Positions 25,501-36,494 of a DNA stretch of 64,000 nucleotides are shown one piece after another. The notes beneath the pieces were generated by a model. It was not told the origin of the DNA. It saw nothing but the letters and a program-made list of their open reading frames with translations, and did not search any database. How positions within the stretch are numbered: the first letter of the stretch is position 1; each line of letters opens with the position of its first letter. The translations under genes were made by a program, and so were the position numbers. Origin of the DNA: Phoronis australis. Lineage: Eukaryota > Animalia > Phoronida. The stretch spans positions 124,001-188,000 of the forward strand of contig NMRA01000458.1 in the NCBI GenBank assembly GCA_002633005.1. The letters are read 5' to 3'.

Positions 25501-28500
25501 TGTTCCAAACTTCAAAAAAAACGATCTGTCAACTGCTGTCACATCCAGTCGTCGCTTTTTCTCCAACAAGGTAAAGCATGTCTTCTTACTTGGTATGGCA
25601 AGACACAAGGCGTTCCCCTTACGAGGGAAATGTGACCTTTAATCTTTGGTGTATATAAAACAATGGCACTCCCATTAAGAGGCTAACTGTTTAAATTAGT
25701 TACAAAGGTATCGTATTCAGGGGCAGATACAGCCGGGATTTTGAGTCGGGGGGGGGGGGGGGGGNAGAGTTGAGTACTAGCCAGGATTTTGCCCGTCAGA
25801 CATTCGGACCCCCGTACATGTAATATAAGAGAATTTTAGGGGGGAGGGCATGGCCCCCTTGCCTCCCCCCCCCTTAAATCCGCCTTTGGTAGTATTCAAA
25901 TATATTTTAAAATGCACTTGGAATTATTTATTTTTGGAAAATTGCTTGCTTCACTGGCTTGTCTCAAAGTGTGCTGTCGACCACAGATTCAGAGTTCATT
26001 ACACATGATAATCTGCCGTTAATATTCGTCTTGTCAATCAGGTCTTTGTGGAATGACTGTGAGCGCTTGCGCGCATTTTTCTATTGAAGTGGGAGGGAGA
26101 TTAGAAACTCTAGTAACTCCGTTTTCCCGGTGTGCGTATTTCAAAAACCGGCGGTGAATTGTGTGATAAATTCCCAGAAATTCCATCACGGGGGAAATAA
26201 ATAACTCTGTTCTAGACGTTGCGAGATGGTACTTTCGTCAGGAATTGGTTAAAGGATATTTTGACAGCTTTCACGTTCCCTGTCTCTTTAAAGTAGTGGT
26301 ACATTTCCAGGAGAATCCCTGGTCTAATTCAAAGCATGGCGTTCAACTTCGGCTTTTTAAGAGATATATACCCAAGTAAATTGTACAACCTTAAACATTG
26401 CTTCACATTTTGCATGCGTTTCCGTGTCTTTGGGGTCATAAACGTTTGTATTGCACAAATCTCCCGCCATGAGTGTCCCCGTTTCATCTGCCACCTGGCG
26501 AGCGATCTTTAAAGCTTGCACGTTCAGCTTCTCAAGTTCATCTTCCTTACCGACCGTTTGCATTTTTTCCCGATGAGCATAGTACTAAATAAAAATCACA
26601 AAAGAGAACACTATACTAATAACGAGAGTGATATCATTTATTAGGTAACTCGTACGCTAACACTATTTGCACGCAAGTGGACGAGAATGCGTGCATTGTT
26701 CAACGCACATTCTCCTGTTAAGTTCTTGGCACATCACAGGCTTGATGGCCCATCAAAGAATTTGGTGGTCTGGTTGCTCTTCATGGGCTTGTATTGGATG
26801 ATATAATTGCTGGCGTAACAACGCGCCTATTAAACGTACGAGTTTCAAAGTAAAAAGGAACAATAAGTGAGGCAAACGACCAACATGAGTGTATTTAAAA
26901 ATGAACAGTAAATATTATCCGTCTTCGAAATTTCAAAGTCGTTGCATTCTTAGAGAAAGTATCGAAAATGTTTTCTTCAGCATCGCGATATATATTGAGC
27001 ATCGCGGCTGAACCACATACATTAATTAACTTTTATGAAAGGACGGTTTAGTCACAGCCTGGCTTAGGCGCGCTCATAGCGTTGGGGTGACAAAAGGTCA
27101 AATGTTAGCGCACCAGTTGCCTCTTGTCAGGAAGAAAACACATTTCCATATTGTAATCGCTGCTTATAGGCAGCTTTTGAATCATTCTTTCAAAGATATT
27201 GGAACAAGGTTCTGTTTTGAATGACTGAAAGTCGCTGATACATTATAAGAATCACTTAACGAAATACAATTAGCTAAAACTGATATTCTGGCCCACTATT
27301 AAAATTGTTCCCATAGTCCCCATCGAGAACTTTTCCTCTTGTTTTCCAAGTTTTTAGGTGTTCACAATCAAAAATCTTATTACGAGTAGGTGAAAGAATG
27401 AGTTTCATTACTCAAATGCTTAGTTCCTAGTGTTTGGAACTGCCGGAGCTTAAATCAGTCACATGGCACCACATGAAACTGTAAATTACACCAATGGAAA
27501 GATCGCGCAGAGTGTAAAAATTCTTTCATCATTGGGGGCTTACTGTAAAAGCTAGTACTACGTCACTTCCAGCGTGAACAAACTCCTCATGCATGATCTT
27601 CACGAGATCTGGTCTGTCCAACACAACTTCCGGAACGAAAGCACCGGCTTTAAGGTAGCCGCGTCTTTCGAATTCATACTGGTAGCCTTCACCAATTACA
27701 ATGTTTTCGCCGCTTTCAATTCTTGCCACGAGACCTAAAATGTTAAAAAATATGTAGAAACAAATCAAAGCCACCGATGTCACCATCACCGACTGGATTC
27801 AATTTTCTAGTCTCAAGCCAGTGGAGTAATTTACTCCTTCTTACAGTACCTAGCACACGAGTTCGCTGTGGTAAGCGAAATAAGATTCGAAAAGAATCCA
27901 CTACTTTTTTGAAGAGTCTCTGCGGGATATTTTGGACGCAAAATCGAAAAACTGAGGCTTCCGAAAAGGGGTCTTTCGAAAATCTGCTGAACTGATTTGC
28001 AGTCCAGGCCAGATACCCTCATTAGTGAGCCGATACTACGAGGATACACGTGAGTTGGTTGCACTAACCAAAAATTTTGTCACTCAATGATATACCATTA
28101 TCATTGTTTAAAGAAAATACCTTGAAGCGCTCATGATAGAAAATAAAAGGCGAAAGAGGAAAAGTTATTAACTACAAGGTGGTTGGGTAGTTTTGACCTT
28201 TGAACTCTGGTTTGGCCATTAGTTTGATTTCGTATCAATAAAATAACGTCAGAGATGGACTCCGCGTCATATTAAATGTCAGGCTTGCCTTGCCCTGTAA
28301 GCCATGGAATTGAAAATATGATAATGTATCCCATCCCAATTCAAGATGGCAGATGCCCCTTAGTTCATATGAAAAAAGTTCAAAAGGTCGCTCAAAGTGC
28401 AGCCAAACTAACATTGTTTTCGTGATAATGTTTAATATTTTTCAAAACAAGAACCTTACAGTAATCAAAATTGCAGTGTTCTCTTACTATGGGGGTATTG

Positions 28501-30061
28501 GAGCAACAATTAGGAAATAAATAGGGGTCGTTTCATGTAAGTCCTATTTATTTTCAATGAAATAAGGACTAAATTTCCAAATGTATTATTAGATTCTGCC
28601 ATTTAATTAAATGAGCAGCTCACAATCATGATAAAGCGATAGAAAAAAATTACAAACATTTATGAATAAACAGGGACACAAATGTGCAAAAAATTAAGAG
28701 AACTGCATTGAGTCCCTATGGCTGTTTCGTGCAACCGGTCACAGATTCCGGGATCAGAACTCATTCGGAGATAATACGATTCTTATACTTCACAAATTTC
28801 GTTAAAGCGATACCTTGAGGACGGACTTCATCGCCGGTCGGCTATAGTGCGCACTCTGACGTGCCAGGCCTTTTTTCTGTGCATGGCAAAATCGTATAAT
28901 CGTGGCAACTAATTTGTTAGCCTTTTTTCGTAGTCGCATCCGATCTAGGAAAACGTCAGGTATTTTCGTTAGAGAAAATAACAGTACACGAGTCCACGGT
29001 TTCGAGTTGAGCATCATTAATAGCTGGCCAATTGTGAAATAGGCTAAAAAGAGCTTTTGCCGAATACCTTCATGGCATCAGTATGTGGACGCTAAGGGGT
29101 TGTTGCCGGGATACACAAAGTTTCCGAGATTATCAAAAGCCCGAGAGAACGAGAAAGTTCCACTAAAAAGACGCGAATGCACAATTCATAGCTCTGAACG
29201 CCTGGTACCAGTTTTTTTCTTTTAATCCCTCGTTATTTTGTTAGTAAAAGGTCCACATTGTCAAAAATTCGAGCCCCCCTAAATTTTAGGATGGGTGCAC
29301 GCATGCATGTGAAGGTAGAGTTTTATGCCTCGACTGGATTTCCGGACTTTCGGCTGATCAACCGATGCAGGGGAGATTGGGCAGTAATGATAGTTTAGGC
29401 TTTGAATTGAAACAATTTAAAGGTTTGTATTTTAGTTACTTGTATCGAGGGCTAACAAACAGCTAGGGTGGACTTCGGAAAAACGTGACCCACCTTGTGA
29501 ATTAAGTATCGGCATTTCACAAAGCGTTTGAAAATTTCAGCATGCGAGTGCTCTCAGGAAGAAAATATGGTGGGTATGGCGTAGTTACAACCTGTTAACG
29601 ACCCACGATCCGAGTTTCGGTTTAAACAACCGCTATATACTCATTGGCCCTTACTCTCCTCTCCACTTACACGGGAAAGGCACGTGAATTGGTTTGTTTA
29701 CTCCACCAAGGAGTGTAGTAGTCCTTGACGCCACCAAAATTAAATAATATTCACTGGTGGTCGTAAGCGTGGCCTGCCTCCCGGGCAGAATGGAGGACCT
29801 CGCTAAAGAGCAAGACTTCGCGAGATTACGTGAGATATTGCCGTACATTTTAAATAAGAACACTCGACTTTGACTAGGTTTTAGCTAGGCCTAGTTAGGT
29901 CCTAGCGTCTATACTGAACACACGCCTGGTATTAGTAAATCGTACGTCTTGGGTCAAACCTATGAAAGCGTTGGATGAATGGAGTTCCGCACATAAAATT
30001 TGCATTCGTGTGCAATTCAACAGACTGTAAGCACTAATATGCACTAACCTTTAGAGGCCAT
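19573..30061 (-). CDS. BHMT: Betaine-homocysteine S-methyltransferase-like protein, copy 2; 6 exons, about 349-352 aa
   Basis: First exon 30061-30049 (MASKG) or 28219-28198 (MAKPEFKG), then 27734-27544, 26584-26390, 24638-24527, 22912-22734 and 19932-19573. Internal exon sizes (191/195/112/179 nt) and phases equal copy 1. GFNCGRGP and YIGLCCG cysteines are intact. Confidence 0.9.
20635..21522 (+). mobile_element. TTAA-flanked (Kolobok-like) element carrying a decayed THAP domain
   Basis: Ends ttaa|aaagttcccacca and tggtgggaactcat|ttaa. Internal [20 protein letters not shown] (about 20860-20930) and [14 protein letters not shown] resemble the THAP C2CH motifs, with a stop and the His lost. 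Confidence 0.65.
23768..24106. mobile_element. Degenerate MITE-like inverted-repeat element in BHMT copy 2 intron 4
   Basis: agtgaccaccgt ... acggtggtcact inverted pair. Outer ends are eroded. Confidence 0.4.
24820..24893 (+). mobile_element. LINE (CR1/L2-like) 3' tail fragment
   Basis: tgagggccctcatggaaa..ctgatgagctaccct..taaata plus an A-rich tail. Similar to the reverse complement of 39033-39115. Confidence 0.5.
25718..25887. mobile_element. Short G/C-tract MITE related to the CAGGGGCGGAT family
   Basis: Starts caggggcagat, ends aaatccgcctttg, with internal poly-G and poly-C tracts. Confidence 0.55.
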
Positions 30062-30304
30062 TTCAATACAGGCACGCCGTCGACAAAGCCGAGACACTGA
30101 GTCGTTATGACACGAGTCGGAAGCCGGCCGGGGTCAGCTACCTGGGGTCAAGTCGATATCTCTCACAGGTCAGCAGACAAGTTACTTTGTGAGCCAACAC
30201 TTAGCGTGGTCGAGGCGTTATCGCCATCAGCGTGTGCTTAAGAGATAACTGTCATGTATATACTAACACGAACAGTCCGAAAAGTGAACTATCCGAAGAA
30301 AGCT

Positions 30305-32871
30305 CAGGCCCGTAGCCAGCATTGCGCAGGGTGTGGTTCGAATTTCTTGAACGGTGGAACTTAGATACTTTGCAAACGTCGACACTGTGGAGTTTTCATT
30401 AGGGCCCTCAGTTGACGCAGCTTAATCAGGGAGAAGGGAAATTTGTATACACAACGATGTCTCTCAACATATGTTTTTGAGATGAGACGGTACAGAGATG
30501 AGGATGCCGTGACGGCTCGCCGGTTCCCCGCGTGCCACTAGGTGGTAGCTAGTATCGCAGGTAGCAGGCAGTAGCACTGACGCGCTTTATCACTGGTTTA
30601 TGTAACCACGACAGTCATTGGTTAGCTTTACAACAAAGTGAGAAAATGGCGGATTATGGACGATTTTTAGCCTTGTCCATGCAAGTGGCGTAGCAGCAAC
30701 TATTTTGTTTCTGCAGTAGGCCTAATGTTTAATAGGCCGCGTGCTCAGAAGCACATATATATACATGTACAATAAGCACGCCATCATCTGGTCGATTTAA
30801 CTAGTGTGTTATTCATACTGTATAAATACAGGACAGTAGGCCTAACGTAAACAAAAGTCAGCGACATTACTTTATGCAATCCGAAAGGCGCAACCACAAT
30901 TTTCTGGGATTCACATTTCTTGAACATAAATTTTAAGCACCCAATTTGTCTGTACAACAGACCACATTTACACTTCCTCCACCAGTCATGTCAGTTTGTT
31001 TGGGTAAAGTCCTGCTTGTTGAGAAATCGACCAGCCAATCAGAAACGAGGGTGTAAAAAAATCCCGAGGAAAATTAAGTGATCATAAGAGGCTTGCTGGC
31101 TACCCGGCACTCAGCGTCACGCAGGGAAGCAGCGAGGCCGTGACGGTTGCTCGCAAAAAATGGAACTCATTTCGGATGTAATGTGGTCCAAAACGTTCTC
31201 CTCGTTACTTTTTGCCAAATTTTCAAAACAGGCGTGATTAAATGAGTGATTACCACTTCTCGGTCAGAAATATTTAGTCGGAGATTAACCGTTAAACTTT
31301 TTATCTAGTTATATTTTTTCCGTGTTAACGTTATTGCATTTTAAAAAATTTGGAGTGGGAACATTCAATGAATTATCAACCACGATATATTCATCCAATC
31401 CATGTCAAGGTCGCATCATTTCAAAGCGCGACTGAAAAGTTTAGGGCCCGGCTGCTCCTGAACCTCACCCACCTGAACCACGCACAGGCGGGTCGAAATC
31501 AAATGTAGTTAGCAGGCTACCCAGTCCCTGCCAGTCTTCACATGAACCCCATTCAGTCTTCTTAAATTTAAAACCGTTGGTCGCCGCAGCCCGTACCCGT
31601 ACTCCAGATGTTGCCCCTACTGAATTGAGAATGAGTCGTTAATTAGATTCAAGTATCACGATTGGCAGTGATTGGAACCGATCTCAACAATGAAATCAAT
31701 GTATTAAGGACTTTTTAGTCAAGTTTTTGCACACCATTTTAAATGGTTACTAAATGGACACAAATACAAGAATTTATTCACGTTTGTTACGACTCATTAG
31801 CAGACAGTCAGAGCAATGAACTGCTTGGCTCAGTGGTTTGAGGCCTGGACAACTGTTTGAGAGAAACCAGAGTAAAAAAATAACTGTCGGAGTCCTGGTT
31901 CTGGAATTGTGGACATTCGAAATAATCAATGAACTTTCGAAGGTGGCAAACCTTCGGAGTAGTGCCGGACCTTCGGAGTAGCAAACTTCGGAATTGTGGC
32001 ATCTAACCTTGGCAGTGGCAGATCTACGTTTTCAGTAAGGGGTGGGGGGTAGGATTCGCCCGAATCTGAGGCGCGTAGCGCCGAGCGTAGGGAAGGTCGG
32101 GAGGGGCTTTCCCCTCTTGTGTAAGATTTTGTTTGGTTTTTAGTAGCTGATTTTGTTTTCCTGGTGACATTTTTTTAATTTTTATTTTTGATCCTGTCCC
32201 GAGGGAAGCGTTTGAACACCCCTCCCCCCTGAACACCCCTCCGCAGAGACCTACCTCTGCTTGGAATCTTTTCCATCAGGTTGCTTGCGTGAAGTTTGTG
32301 AGGCTGTGCACCATTGACACTAGTGACAAGAGAAGTCTATCTCCATTGACCAGAGTTTTTATTAGGTTTAGACCTACTTTCCCCCCAAAAATGTGAACGT
32401 GCTCTTCGGTGTTTTCTCAGAGCAAGCAAACACGGTTATAGTTAAATTCAGGTTTTTGAGCAACAACGTTGGGCTGTCCATAACTTACCGTCGGCTTCTA
32501 CTGAATTTAAAAGGACGGAAACGCACATTGGTGTACACGAATGCATGTCAATCCACCAATCCACTCTAGAACTGGAAAAACATACTTGTATTTTACGAAC
32601 ATTTTCAATTCCAAATTTGGAAACGCCTGCTCTTTACCGTACTGCGCTAGCAAGCAATATCAGGTAACAAACCTATTTTCTACTGTTTTGCTTCATGGTC
32701 GATTTTAAGGCATTCACACCGCAATGTGACTTTTTGGGAGCTATCTCGCTGCTATTTAACTTAGCTAGGTATAGACATTTACTTCTAGACTCCCTTGTTT
32801 CCCTACGGTGTAACCACCACGCGTGTTCAGTGCCGATGAGTAACATAAAGCCTCCTCTGGCTACGGGCCTG
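30305..32871. mobile_element. About 2.6-kb element with 15-bp perfect TIRs upstream of BHMT copy 2
   Basis: caggcccgtagccag (30305) and ctggctacgggcctg (ending 32871); flanks aagct / aaact match at 4 of 5 positions. Confidence 0.55.
32013..32259. mobile_element. Short internally deleted member of the CAGTGGCGGATCTAC family
   Basis: Starts cagtggcagatctacgttttcagtaagggg, as copies A and B do. 5-bp TSD cttgg at 32008-32012 and 32260-32264. Confidence 0.8.
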
Positions 32872-34971
32872 AAACTTAAGGCCGAATTCATTTTATGATA
32901 GTAACTATTCACCCGACAAGTGGGCCAATTAAGCGTGTTTTTTGGTCAATAGATGTTACATAACAATCTTGTTGGTCAAATAAGACAATTTTGCTTATCA
33001 CGTTCCCCGGCGACAAACTTTATGGTTACGAGACAAGAGTTCCACGACCCGGACGCTGATTTAACATAAGTAAAGCATTTTCACGGTCACCATGAGTGGA
33101 ACAAAATGGTACCCAAGATGGTACCACAGACATTCTATTCTAAGCACAGCGTTGTGGAGTTCCGAGAACAATTTTTAAAAGTGACAATTAATTTATAGAT
33201 ATGGCGCTTGGCCTTCGGTTATTTGCTTTGGGTTTTTAAAAAGCAATTTGCAACCACCAAGTGATTTTATTATGTACTGAAGCTCATGAAAATCCGGTAG
33301 AAATCACTGTATGTCATAGCGGCTGACTTTTCATTTCGGTGCTCTCGCGAAAGTAAATTCCGCGTGATCCCGTGCGAATGAGATTCGGTGAACATTTATA
33401 CATAATTGTTCATTAATTTTTAAAGAGCGGAATAACACCATTGTCAACCCCTCCTATTGTTTATTTCTACTTTTTGACGTCGACTGCGATCGAAATTTCT
33501 CCCCCTTTCAGTGTCAACTGCAGCCACTGCATGGCTTATTCGCAGTTGGAAATGTACTGTGGAACATGATGTCCTATAGTTGTTCATCCATTGATATTTC
33601 AAGAAGTTTGTCTTGTCCATCAAAGACCTGATCGCCGTCTGCATGGTGGGATAGTCAATGTCATGGCACAGCTATTTAGAAAATCAACTATTGAGCGGCG
33701 TGTTCTGACTTTGGTTTTCATCTTTAATATACGTTTGCCAGTCTAGTTTTCGTCTTCAAAGCACCAACTTTGACAAGTGAGTTTTTAAGTTAAAATCGTA
33801 CCCAGACAAGTTAATAACATATTTTTTCTCCATTTTGATTATCTACAAGCCTCGGGATTTTGACGAAATTTCCCAAGAGGTTTTGCCCATGTCATAAACC
33901 TTGGACTCGGGTAGGATTCTATATGCATTAGATGTTTAATTTTAGTTTTTGGCTTTTGTTTTTCTTTTTCCTCTAATTTTTGCATTTAGTTTAAACTTAC
34001 ACCTGCGTGTGTGTTTGTATGTGTTTTTTCCGCTGCAAAAAGGCGCCGGGGTCAAATTACACTGAGCACGTCACTTACAAAAACTCCGAAAAAAGTAGAA
34101 AATGAGGCAAAAGCCCACTAAAAAGGCAGAAACTACCTAAATTCGGCGAATGCCCAATTCATCGCTCTGAGTGAACGTTCCCTGTGCATCGTAGTAAAAG
34201 GTCCACATTATCAAAAATTCGAGCTCCTGATTTTTTAAGCTGGGTGTGCGCATGTAGTTAACCAGTATTATTCAATTTAAATCAAGAAAATGAATAGTGA
34301 ATGAATTGACCAAGAATGTTTTGAATGAGTTTCCAGTATTCCTTGGAATTTTTTCATTTCATTGCTATTAGATTGAAGATGAATTACGGTTTCGAGATTA
34401 CCAGCTTTGGCAGATGATATCAGATTTTCGTCCAAAACAGCTCGACTGGTCTTCATATAGATAAAATCTTTGATGTGATACGGGGCCATTTGAAAACTTA
34501 AATGCTCTATGCAGCCGGCTTTTCTTTTTTAATTCGCCTGAGTTCTACATCATTATTAAACCAATTAAGGTTTATTTTTTGTCTAATTGCTTGTACTTCA
34601 AGCCTAGCATGCCATTTTTAATTATATTAAATAAAGTTAAAGCAAACAAATCCTCCGATGTACACTAGTCGCTGTTATCAGAATCAAAAACTCCGTGAAT
34701 GCATACCTGAATTCGCTTCACTGACCTGAATCAGGAGTAGGCCTATTTTTTCAAGTTCCGGCACCACGTCCACAAAGTTTTGGGTTCATCTGTACCCAAG
34801 ATGGTACCACACACTAGAATTTATTGCATTCAGTTGTGGCCCACTAGACGGTTTCCGGTAGGCTGCACATTGTAGTGAGAAAAGAACTCGATTTTAGTAT
34901 TTCATTTTGAAATCTATCTGCATGGACCCGGCCTTCGCACCATAGGGGGCTCAAGTCAAGTCAAGTCATTT

Positions 34972-35241
34972 CATGCGCGCACCCATGCAGGGGGGGGGGG
35001 GNGGGGGCTCGGCGAGCCCCGGCGCCCGGCCCCCATATGAAGTGGGTAAGAACTGAGGTCCTCCTCAGAGAAACAAAAAGTCCGAGAAAATGAGACAAAA
35101 GTCCACTAAAAAGGCGCCAACGCAAAGTTCATACTTCGATCCGAAGGTGGTGCCCCGCCGGTTTTTTTAGTCCTCCCGCTATTTTGTGCAAAGGTCCACT
35201 TTGTCAGAACGAGTCCCCCCAAAGGCTGGGTGCGCGCCATG
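34972..35241. mobile_element. 270-bp MITE (CATGCGCGCACCCA family); older relatives near 29100-29310 and 34040-34255
   Basis: TIRs catgcgcgcaccca / tgggtgcgcgccatg; 5-bp TSD cattt. The motifs ccactaaaaag and aaaggtccac and a tgggtg..gcatg-like end recur in the two other copies. Confidence 0.75.
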
Positions 35242-36119
35242 CATTTTATTTATAGTCGGTTTAGTGAAACAAAGAGAAAACATTAGCCATAGGCTAGTAC
35301 ATCGACTAGATCCCCCACGTTTTTCAGTGCTGCGCCGCACATGATCATGCCCTGGCATTGAACGTCCTCCACATGGAGGGTTAAAATGTGACCCTTTCTC
35401 GAGAAATTTTGTTGGATTAAGGTCCCTGTTTCTACCGGTTAATTGCCTCCACAAACAGCACAGACGCACCATAGATACTCTATAGGCTACGTCCGCACAA
35501 ATGCGAAGGCGTGCGACATTCTGGACAATTACATCGCCCTGGATATGATTCGCCGGGCGACAACGTGGGAAGTCGGGTCACAAGGTAAGGAACAGTGGAG
35601 CTCTACACATTTATCTCATTGGTGAAGAATCTGAGACTACGCTGGTCAAAAGATCCCAACGACAACACAGAAAGGGTTTTTGAATTGTCTGTTCGAAATG
35701 TATTTTTTTCCGGAACTCATTTGTTATTCGCGGAGCCTCTTTTGTTTGCGGCCGCAAAAATGGGAAAAACTCACATAGGGCACTGTCTCTATTGATTGTA
35801 CTAAAGGCTGATCCACCAAAATCACACCTTTTGGTAAGCAGAGTTCTTTGTTGCTGTTAAAGAATTTAAACAATCTTTCAGTACAAATATTGCACGAGCA
35901 GCACTGGCACGGGCAATGTCATCAGCCGCTCGCCGTTCCGTGTTGTGTACTGTTACTACTAGTACTAGTTCTACTACTAAAGTTGCTCATATAGAACTGC
36001 TATTTAGGCTATTATAGGGTCATACGAGCGGCTGATTAAAGATGCCTGTGCTCTTATCAACTAGTCATTACCACCGTTTCAACTGGCTCAAGTAGAGGCG
36101 GTGCCGGTGTTCATCCCAT

Positions 36120-36268
36120 TGTAGTAATAGCCGAGATTACCCGACCCGGGAATCGAACCAGTGACCCCCATAAAACCGGCAAGTGTGCTAAGCATTCAGC
36201 TAATAGGCAATTGCCCGTTAGCGAGTAGCTAACAGAGGCTCATATGATTCACCGGAACCACATCTACA
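36120..36268 (-). mobile_element. 149-bp tRNA-derived element with TGTAG...CTACA ends (solo-LTR-like)
   Basis: Minus strand has an A-box-like TAGCTGAATGC and a B-box GGTTCGATTCC. Bounded by the inverted 5-mers tgtag / ctaca. Not a canonical cloverleaf. Confidence 0.6.
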
Positions 36269-36494
36269 ACACCATCATAGCCAGCCCTGTGAAAGCTTTT
36301 CGGCAAATTGTGCCTCACACTTCAAGGATGAATATAACATCCATCAATGCTACCCCCTCGTTTGCCTTGTTTCAAAGCTGTATTTTTAATATATGATAGT
36401 CTTCATACTGCTACCTCGTTGACTACCACCTAGTTATCTTTAGTGCCTTATGCCCCAGAAAGTCATTTTGGTTTATTTTCCAGACTCCTGAGCG

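Noticed and set aside
36140-36210. Functional tRNA gene
   Set aside because: A and B boxes are present, but the acceptor and anticodon stems pair poorly. It is treated as a tRNA-derived repeat.
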